34,349 bases of DNA from Terrimicrobiaceae bacterium. Its GTDB lineage: Bacteria > Verrucomicrobiota > Verrucomicrobiia > Chthoniobacterales > Terrimicrobiaceae. Of the stretch, positions 28,119-34,349 are shown piece after piece. The stretch is taken from NCBI GenBank assembly GCA_041752695.1, contig JBGSVZ010000084.1:1-34349 (forward strand), written 5' to 3'. The position numbers and the translations under genes are program-made. The stretch's first letter is position 1. The number at the start of each line of letters is the position of its first letter. The notes under the pieces were generated by a model. It was given only the letters and a program-made list of their open reading frames with translations. It was not told the origin of the DNA and did no database searches.

Positions 28119-28480
28119 ACCTTGATCTGCGGCGGCTGCTGGTGTTGGCCGTATTGCTCGGAGGGTTCGTTCTTTACGGAGGGTTTGCTCCGCCGGATGT
28201 TCCTGAAGGGTATTTTGATGCGGTTCGGATTGGCAAAGCATGGCGGTATTGCGTGCTGCTTTATCTGGCAGGAGCAGTGAGTGTTTCGATAGTCGATCAC
28301 ATGGTCGGTACGCTGGATCGCACAAACCTGAGGTTTCTTTATGTGATCCTCGGGATTGGCCTGATGGCTTTCGGAGTGTGCTGGATGCACACGTTGAGAA
28401 GTGCGGTGTCCCGCCCCGCGCCGGGATTAACCCTTACCGGCTCAGCTCCAACAGGCGGCGGACAGAGCGTTCGGCTTTGA
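28109..28480 (+). CDS. Hypothetical membrane protein
   Basis: Three hydrophobic segments; 3' end overlaps the convergent nadA remnant. Confidence 0.7.
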   Translation: MELNLDLRRLLVLAVLLGGFVLYGGFAPPDVPEGYFDAVRIGKAWRYCVLLYLAGAVSVSIVDHMVGTLDRTNLRFLYVILGIGLMAFGVCWMHTLRSAVSRPAPGLTLTGSAPTGGGQSVRL

Positions 28481-28568
28481 TGCGGATGTCTTCGGGGATG
28501 AGGATCTGGAGTTCGAGGGTGTCGAGGCAGTCGCGCAGTTTTCCCCAGGTGTTCATTTTCATGTGGGG
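28434..28568 (-). pseudogene. nadA: 3' remnant of quinolinate synthase
   Basis: PHMKMNTWGKLRDCLDTLELQILIPEDIRIKAERSVRRLLELSR* resembles the NadA C-terminus (C-P-x-M-K-x-N-T-L-E-K-L...A...RMLELS); the Fe-S cysteine before PHM is absent. Confidence 0.7.
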
Positions 28569-28791
28569 TAGGCGGTTGGGGTCGGTCCAATAGTTTGCAT
28601 CTTTGCTTGTGCGAAATTTCCACCAATCTTGACCCTCGCGCGGCTCGGAGAGCCATAAGAAACCATCAACCTTGCGCTTGCTTGAAACACTCACACAAGG
28701 GCGGCGTGTCACGCGTCCTGCGTGCGCTCTGAGAAAAAATCAGAGCACGCGGTGCTTGCCTCTCGGGGCCAAGTCTTGAACCTTCCACGTC

Positions 28792-30300
28792 ATGGGACGA
28801 AACTTTTTTGTCTATGCCGCCATCGTGATCGGGTCGATGGCCATCGCCCTGGATTTTGCCTCGGTGGACCTCGCCATTCCCGCCCTCCAGGAACAATTCG
28901 GGCTCACTATGCAAAGCGTTCAGTGGGTCATCAATGGCTATGTGCTCTCCTTTTCGGTGCTGATGGTGGCAGGCGGAAAAATGGCGGACGCCCACGGCCG
29001 GAAGCTGGTCTTTTTGATCGGGATGGGGCTTTTCGCGCTGGCCTCATTGCTGGGCGGCATGGCGTGGAGCGGGGGATCGGTGATCGCCTTTCGTGTGCTG
29101 CAAGGCGCAGGTGCGGCGCTGCTCTGGCCGGCCATGATCGGACTCGGCTGCGCGGCCGCCGGGGTGGAGCGGCGGAGTTTTGTGCTGGGTCTGATTTTCG
29201 GAACCTGCTCGCTCGGCAACGCCGCCGGGCCGGTCGTGGGTGGGGCGCTGACGGAATGGTTTTCCTGGCGCTGGGTGCTGTGGATCAACGTGCCGATGGC
29301 CCTGTTTTCCATGCTGGTTCTTGTTCTCAAGGTGCCGCGGGATTCCCAGTTGGCGGAGAACCCGAAAAATGACTTCCTGGGCATGTTCCTCCTGACCACG
29401 GGGCTGGTTGCGCTGATGCTATTTGTTTACCAAGTGCAGCCGTGGGGCTGGTCCGATCCCCGCGTGATCGGGTTGCTAGTGGTGGCCGTAGGCATGCTCG
29501 GCGCGTTTCCGTTCGTCGAACGCAGGGTGACCGAGCCGCTCATTCCGCCGGAGTTGATGCGCAATCGTGAAATCATGACGCTCTGCCTCTGCGCTCTGGT
29601 GATCTGTCAGCTCTTCTTCATTGTGCTGCTGTATTTCACCCAATACGCGATGAAATTTCTCGGCGAGGACCCCATGTGGGCGGGCGCGCGGGTGGTGCAG
29701 TTCATGCTGACCTACGGACTGGTGTCGTATTTCGGCGGTCCGCTGAGCACGTATTTCGGTACGCGACGCCTGCTGGTCATCGGCCTCGTCTGCGCGACGG
29801 TCGCATCGGTTTTGCTGAGCATTTTTGGTCCCGGGGCGACGCCGCTGATTTTTAATGCCTCGTTGGCTTTGCTCGGGGTCGGTGTCGGCGCGGTGATTCC
29901 CACGGTTAGCGCACGGGCCATTGAAACCGCCGGGGCCGACCGCGCCAGTCTGGTGAGCGGCATTACGTTCATGTGTCAGCTGGCGGGCTCAGCCCTGATG
30001 CTGGCCATAAACACGGCCATCTTCGCCGCAGTGGCGTCCCGCCAGCTTGATGGGCTGCTTGCGCAGAATGATCTTGTCCTCACCGCGACGGAGCGAGCGA
30101 CGGTCCAGTCGGTGATGGCCGGCGCACAGAGCGTAAGGGCTTTTCATCTGCCGGACGCCGGAGACCTGGGGAACCTTGCGGATTTGGTCGGGCAGGCCTA
30201 TCGCGGGGGTCTCGAAGTGGTGCTGTGGCTCAGCGCGGCGTTGGTGTTTGTCACGCTGTTGCTGGTGCTGCGCTTCGTGCCAAGGACCCCGGCGAGCTAG
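28792..30300 (+). CDS. MFS transporter, DHA2 (EmrB/QacA-like)
   Basis: QWVINGYVL, GKMADAHGRK motif A, RVLQGAG, GPVVGGAL..WRWVLWINVP. Confidence 0.93.
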   Translation: MGRNFFVYAAIVIGSMAIALDFASVDLAIPALQEQFGLTMQSVQWVINGYVLSFSVLMVAGGKMADAHGRKLVFLIGMGLFALASLLGGMAWSGGSVIAFRVLQGAGAALLWPAMIGLGCAAAGVERRSFVLGLIFGTCSLGNAAGPVVGGALTEWFSWRWVLWINVPMALFSMLVLVLKVPRDSQLAENPKNDFLGMFLLTTGLVALMLFVYQVQPWGWSDPRVIGLLVVAVGMLGAFPFVERRVTEPLIPPELMRNREIMTLCLCALVICQLFFIVLLYFTQYAMKFLGEDPMWAGARVVQFMLTYGLVSYFGGPLSTYFGTRRLLVIGLVCATVASVLLSIFGPGATPLIFNASLALLGVGVGAVIPTVSARAIETAGADRASLVSGITFMCQLAGSALMLAINTAIFAAVASRQLDGLLAQNDLVLTATERATVQSVMAGAQSVRAFHLPDAGDLGNLADLVGQAYRGGLEVVLWLSAALVFVTLLLVLRFVPRTPAS

Positions 30301-30323
30301 GGTGGATCAGGCGCGTGAGCGGT

Positions 30324-30439
30324 TGGAGTCCAGCCTTTAGGCTGTCTGAAACGAGGCCATGACGGAGAAAATCCGGAGTTTGGCGGATTGTTTGGGTTCA
30401 CTTTTGTGCATTCCCAATCAGCCTGAAGGCTGGACTCCA
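30324..30439. repeat. REP doublet, GGAG family, copy 2 (long spacer)
   Basis: TGGAGTCCAGCCTTTAGGCTG (30324-30344) and CAGCCTGAAGGCTGGACTCCA (30419-30439). Confidence 0.85.
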
Positions 30440-30520
30440 CCGTCATAGTTCACGCACCCCGGTAGCTCTGGCGGCATGATCCCCGGTCTGAACGATGTAA
30501 AAGCTGGAGCCTGAACTTCT

Positions 30521-30781
30521 CTACGTCGCGAACCCACCGCGCAGTCCGATGGCGGTCCAGCGGCCACGCAGATCTTTTAGGGTTTTTTCCACATGACCGA
30601 TCAAGTCGGGGGGATTGGTGCGGGGAACAAGGTCCTCGGCCGCTTTCCAAAGATCGTCTAATTGTTCTTTCAAATCTGTGATATGCACTTCTGCCACAGT
30701 CCGCGTGGATGAGATGATGGCGCGAGCGGTTCCCGCCAGGGAATGAAGGTCAAGCTCGTTGCGGCAGGGGCGAATGTTCAT
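30521..30781 (-). CDS. Possible small hypothetical protein
   Basis: 86-aa ORF from ATG 30781 filling an otherwise empty gap; amphipathic helical sequence. Confidence 0.45.
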   Translation of the reverse strand: MNIRPCRNELDLHSLAGTARAIISSTRTVAEVHITDLKEQLDDLWKAAEDLVPRTNPPDLIGHVEKTLKDLRGRWTAIGLRGGFAT

Positions 30782-30867
30782 GGAAGAAACTAAACCTGCC
30801 TGCTCTGGTGTCAAACGAGGGTCGTGATTCTTTTCGCATCTTGGCCTTATGCTGCGTAGGTTCTGGC

Positions 30868-31341
30868 ATGGACACGTTCTGGTGGTTCCTCACGATTTTC
30901 TTCATGCTGGTTGGTTTGATCGGCACGGTGCTGCCGCTCATTCCCGGCGCGGTCCTGATATTACTGGGGGCGGTGGTGAATCATTTCGCCATCGGCTCGG
31001 TGGGCTGGGGAACGCTGGTGATATTGACCCTGCTGGCCATCCTGGCGCAGGCGCTGGACATCGTGAGCGGCGCGGCGGGGGCCAAATGGTTCGGTGCCAC
31101 GCGGTGGGGTGCGGTGGGTGGAATTCTCGGAGCCATCGTCGGTCTGTTTTTTGGCCTGCCCGGTTTGCTCATAGGTCCGCTTCTTGGGGCCATGGCGGGT
31201 GAAATGTTGGGCGGCAAGGGTTTTCTGCCCGCGGGAAAATCCGGCTGGGGGACGTTTCTTGGCACCACGGCGGGCATCGTGGGCAAGCTGGCCATTGCCT
31301 TCATCATGATTGGCTGGTTTGCCATCGCCGCTCTTCCCTGA
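30868..31341 (+). CDS. DUF456 family membrane protein
   Basis: GLIGTVLPLIPG, GAKWFGATRWG..GGILGAIVG, IGPLLGA, GTFLG. Confidence 0.88.
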   Translation: MDTFWWFLTIFFMLVGLIGTVLPLIPGAVLILLGAVVNHFAIGSVGWGTLVILTLLAILAQALDIVSGAAGAKWFGATRWGAVGGILGAIVGLFFGLPGLLIGPLLGAMAGEMLGGKGFLPAGKSGWGTFLGTTAGIVGKLAIAFIMIGWFAIAALP

Positions 31342-31345
31342 CCCA

Positions 31346-31834
31346 ATGGACGGCACCCTCCTTGCCCGCACCCTCATCGAAGCGGAGGGTTATCTCGAAC
31401 TCGGCATGTTCGACGAATCCGCCCGCACCCTCGCCGCGCTTCCGCCCTCCGTGCAAACGCGCCAGGAGGTCCTCGAACTCCGCGCAGCTCTGCATATGAC
31501 CGCCAAACACTGGCCCGCCGCGGCCGAGATCGCGGCCTGCCTCGTGGAACGCGAACCCGCCGAGTCCAGTTGGTGGGTCAACTTCGCCTACTGCGTCCGG
31601 CGAGCCCGCTCGCTCGACGAAGCCGAAGCCATTCTTCTGCGCGCGGTCGAATTGCACCCAGCCAATGCCACCATCCATTACAATCTGGCCTGTTACGCCT
31701 GTGTGACCGGACGCCTTGAACTCGCCAAGGAACGCCTGACTGTGGCCCGCACCCTCGACAAAAATGTTGAGGTCATGGCGAAACACGACGACGACCTCTT
31801 TGCCCTGCGCGATTGGATCGCGGCGGAGGGTTGA
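31346..31834 (+). CDS. Tetratricopeptide-repeat protein
   Basis: AEGYLELGM, AVELHPANATIHYNLACY TPR pattern. Confidence 0.85.
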   Translation: MDGTLLARTLIEAEGYLELGMFDESARTLAALPPSVQTRQEVLELRAALHMTAKHWPAAAEIAACLVEREPAESSWWVNFAYCVRRARSLDEAEAILLRAVELHPANATIHYNLACYACVTGRLELAKERLTVARTLDKNVEVMAKHDDDLFALRDWIAAEG

Positions 31835-31872
31835 GGATTGGCCCGCGAAAAAGACGCGAAAGAGAGAAAAAA

Positions 31873-31932
31873 CTGTAGGCCGTCCCGCTGGGACGGCAGG
31901 GGAGAGAGCCGCCCCGGCGGTGCGGGCTGCAG
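31873..31932. repeat. GTAG-type REP doublet (second family)
   Basis: GTAG-GCCGTCCC-GCT-GGGACGGC plus degenerate inverted mate GCAG-CCCGCACC-GCC-GGGGCGGC. Confidence 0.6.
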
Positions 31933-31995
31933 TGCAAAACACCGGTTTTCGGCGTTGACCGATTCTTCATGCGGAAGCAAGATTCTGGGAGAGTT

Positions 31996-32589
31996 ATGAA
32001 CCCCCGTCGCGACTCGGCCTTCACGTGGATCGAGGCATTGGTGTGTCTGGCGGTTATTGGGATTGTGGTGGCGCTGGCGCTTCCGAGTGTCACTGCGGGA
32101 CCGAGGAAAGGCGGCCAAGTTACCCAAACCCTCAGCAATATGAGGCAACTCCATCTTGCGACGATGCAGATGTGGATTGACGGCGAAACGATAGGTGACA
32201 AAACGCTCGGTTGGCCGGGCGATACCGGCGGGACTTTTTCTCATTGGGTGAGAAAGATGGTGCCGGATTACCTGTCGACGAATGATCTTTGTAAGTTGCT
32301 CTCCGCACCCGGAATCGTGGTCAAGTCTGAAGCCATGCCCGTGAAGATGAGCGATGGAGCGGTGTTGGTTTATGCGGTGAGTACGAACTCGCCGGATGAC
32401 GCAGTGTTTTTGACGTCCGCGAATTTCACGAACACGTCGGGAGTCAGTCCTCCTCTGGAGAAAACAGCGAAACCCTATGGCGACAAAGCCTTCGTGGTTT
32501 TCCGCAAAGGTGGCGACGGCGCGGTTTTGATGGCGCGGCAGGTCGGGAAGACTAACGTCATCGGTTTCTACGTGCCCCTCTGCCATTAA
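31996..32589 (+). CDS. Prepilin-type N-terminal cleavage/methylation domain protein, paralog 1
   Basis: RRDSA/FTWIEALVCLAVIGIVVALALP class III signal with E+5. Confidence 0.88.
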   Translation: MNPRRDSAFTWIEALVCLAVIGIVVALALPSVTAGPRKGGQVTQTLSNMRQLHLATMQMWIDGETIGDKTLGWPGDTGGTFSHWVRKMVPDYLSTNDLCKLLSAPGIVVKSEAMPVKMSDGAVLVYAVSTNSPDDAVFLTSANFTNTSGVSPPLEKTAKPYGDKAFVVFRKGGDGAVLMARQVGKTNVIGFYVPLCH

Positions 32590-32595
32590 GCCCTT

Positions 32596-33186
32596 ATGAA
32601 AATCAAGAACAACGCAGCCTTTACGTGGATCGAAGCGCTGGTGTGTCTGGCGGTTATTGGAATTTTGTTGGCGTTGGCGCTTCCAGGTGGCGGCCATAGC
32701 ATGAAGCGCGGCCAAATGACTCAAACCCTCAGCAACGGCAAACAACTCCACCTCGCGACCCAGCAGATGGCGCTCGATGGCGAAGCTACAGACGACAAGG
32801 CGCTCGGCTGGCCGGGAGATACGGGTGGGACATTTTCTTATTGGGCAGGAAAGATGGTTCCCGAATACCTTGCGACGAATGATTTCTGTAAGTTGCTCTC
32901 CGCTCCGGGTGTTGTCGTGAAGCCCGACAAGATCCCCGCGAAGATGAGCGATGGCGCGCTGGTGGTTTATGCGGTGAGTACGAACTCGCCGGGTGATGTG
33001 GTGTTTCTCACCTCGAAAAATTTTACCAACACACCGGCGGGTGGTTTACCGTTGGAAAAGTCGGCGAAACCTTATGGACAGAAAGGCTTCGTGATTTTCC
33101 GCAAGGCGGGCGACGGCGCTATCCTGCAGCAGCGTCAGGTGGGGATGACAAACATCATCGGGTCGTTTGTGCCGCCGTTGCGGTAG
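32596..33186 (+). CDS. Prepilin-type N-terminal cleavage/methylation domain protein, paralog 2
   Basis: KNNAA/FTWIEALVCLAVIGILLALALP; colinear with paralog 1 along its whole length. Confidence 0.88.
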   Translation: MKIKNNAAFTWIEALVCLAVIGILLALALPGGGHSMKRGQMTQTLSNGKQLHLATQQMALDGEATDDKALGWPGDTGGTFSYWAGKMVPEYLATNDFCKLLSAPGVVVKPDKIPAKMSDGALVVYAVSTNSPGDVVFLTSKNFTNTPAGGLPLEKSAKPYGQKGFVIFRKAGDGAILQQRQVGMTNIIGSFVPPLR

Positions 33187-33195
33187 GCGGTTAGC

Positions 33196-33248
33196 TGGAG
33201 TCCACGCTTTAGCGTGCTCCGCCGGAACAGCCTAAAGGCTGGACTCCA
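33196..33248. repeat. REP doublet, GGAG family, copy 3
   Basis: TGGAGTCCACGCTTTAGCGTG and inverted CAGCCTAAAGGCTGGACTCCA. Confidence 0.85.
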
Positions 33249-34074
33249 ACTGCGACAGCTCGTTGAGCTCCTGCAGAATCTGTGGCGGAATTCGTACATC
33301 CGACGCCGCGGCGTTGATCCGGACTTGCTCGGGTGTTTTGGCTCCGGGGAGGATGACGGTGATCCCGGGCTGGGCGATGGCCCAGGCCATGGCAAGTTGG
33401 GCGGGGGTGCAGCCGCAGTCGGGAGCGAGGATGCGTAGCCGGGCGGCGATGGCGAGGTTGCGGTCCAGATTTTCCCTCGCGAAATGTTTGCGAGTGTGAC
33501 GGTAGTCGTCATCCGGTGGGAGATGGGTTGCGTCGTATTTGCCGCTGAGAACACCTTTTCCCAGCGGAGAATAGGCCATGATGCCCACCTGATTCGCCAT
33601 GCAGAACGGACGCTGGTCGGAATCAATGGTGCGGTCCACCAGGCTGTAGGGAAGTTGGTTGGCGACGACGGCCCCGTGGGAAAGCGCCGCCGCGAGAAGG
33701 TCGCTGGAAAAATTGCTCACGCCAAATCCGCGGATCTTTCCCTGGTGCAGCAAAGTTTCCGCCGCCTCCATCGTTTCGGCGATGGGCGTCTCTGGGTCCG
33801 GCCAATGGGCGAGATAGAGATCAATGCGGTCGGTCCGCAGCCGCCGGAGGCTGGCTTCGCAGCGGGCGAAAATGTGGGATTTGGAAAGGTCGCAGCCCCG
33901 GTCGCCGATTTTTTCCTCCGCAAAAAGCGGCCCCACTTTGGACACGATGACCGAGTGATCCCGGATGCCGAGTTCCTCGATGGCCCGGCCGAGCTGGTCT
34001 TCCGCGAGTCCGCGTCCATAACCCTCGGCGGTGTCAAAAAACGTAATCCCGCATTCCGCGGCGGTGCGAACCAT
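33232..34074 (-). CDS. Aldo/keto reductase, apparently 5'-truncated
   Basis: FFDTAEGYG, SK, SLRRLRTDRIDLYLAHWPD, GVSNF, AYSPLGKG.LSGKY, PGAK; first beta-strand region missing, in-frame TAA 15 codons upstream. Confidence 0.85.
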   Translation of the reverse strand: MVRTAAECGITFFDTAEGYGRGLAEDQLGRAIEELGIRDHSVIVSKVGPLFAEEKIGDRGCDLSKSHIFARCEASLRRLRTDRIDLYLAHWPDPETPIAETMEAAETLLHQGKIRGFGVSNFSSDLLAAALSHGAVVANQLPYSLVDRTIDSDQRPFCMANQVGIMAYSPLGKGVLSGKYDATHLPPDDDYRHTRKHFARENLDRNLAIAARLRILAPDCGCTPAQLAMAWAIAQPGITVILPGAKTPEQVRINAAASDVRIPPQILQELNELSQLESSL

Positions 34075-34349
34075 GAGGTGGACCCCATTTTCCGACCAAA
34101 AGAGCGGTAAAATAGGTTATGCGAGGTTCGCTTGGAAAGGTGTTGTTATTGGTTGTGGTGATCTGTGGATTCTCATTGCGTCCAAAGCGAAAACTCCGGG
34201 GGTTAGGTGGCGGAGCCCCCTTCGATCCCTTGCGGGCTTGCCCGCGTCTATCCGGGAGGGGGTCCGGGGGGAGGGCCAGGCTCGCTGACGAACGCATGGT
34301 TTCCCCCCTGTCTCTCCCAGTCCGGTTTTTCGTTTTGTCCGGCTGTGGT

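Noticed and set aside
31996..33186. Diversity-generating retroelement or shufflon acting on the pilin-like genes
   Set aside because: No reverse transcriptase or recombinase; differences are not adenine-specific and both copies are full ORFs
17365..33248. CRISPR array or integron attC sites
   Set aside because: Repeats are dispersed inverted doublets without regular spacers, cas genes, GTTRRRY core pattern or integrase

Overview
34.3 kb of a GC-rich bacterial chromosome, most likely Verrucomicrobiota (Spartobacteria/Chthoniobacterales-like; inferred from gene style, pilin-like paralogs and repeat types, not from a search). Block 1 (1-12.6 kb) is an uncharacterised catabolic island: LacI, MlrC/M81 amidohydrolase, a solute-binding protein fused to a sugar ABC permease, a second permease with a ~300-aa insertion apparently built from three GH42-like helical repeats, a creatininase-family amidohydrolase, an SMP-30 lactonase, an unknown protein, IclR, a class III aminotransferase and an FAH-family enzyme. 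No ATPase gene is present. Block 2 (12.7-26.6 kb) is mostly housekeeping: tiny lipoprotein, L,D-transpeptidase, asd, ftsH, DUF2334-like deacetylase, an AbrB/PIN (VapBC-like) TA pair, a PHP-GT4 fusion, an M20 dipeptidase and smc. The smc gene has a long acidic tail, a translationally coupled small gene and a candidate tandem pair of NrdR boxes upstream. Block 3 (26.6-34.3 kb) is a patchwork: membrane hypotheticals bracketed by an hsdR 5' remnant and a nadA 3' remnant, an MFS pump, DUF456, a TPR protein, two tandem pilin-like paralogs and a 5'-truncated aldo/keto reductase. Several REP-like palindrome families occupy the intergenic spaces. No rRNA, tRNA, CRISPR array, integrase or transposase was recognised. 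All family calls come from motif recognition by eye.
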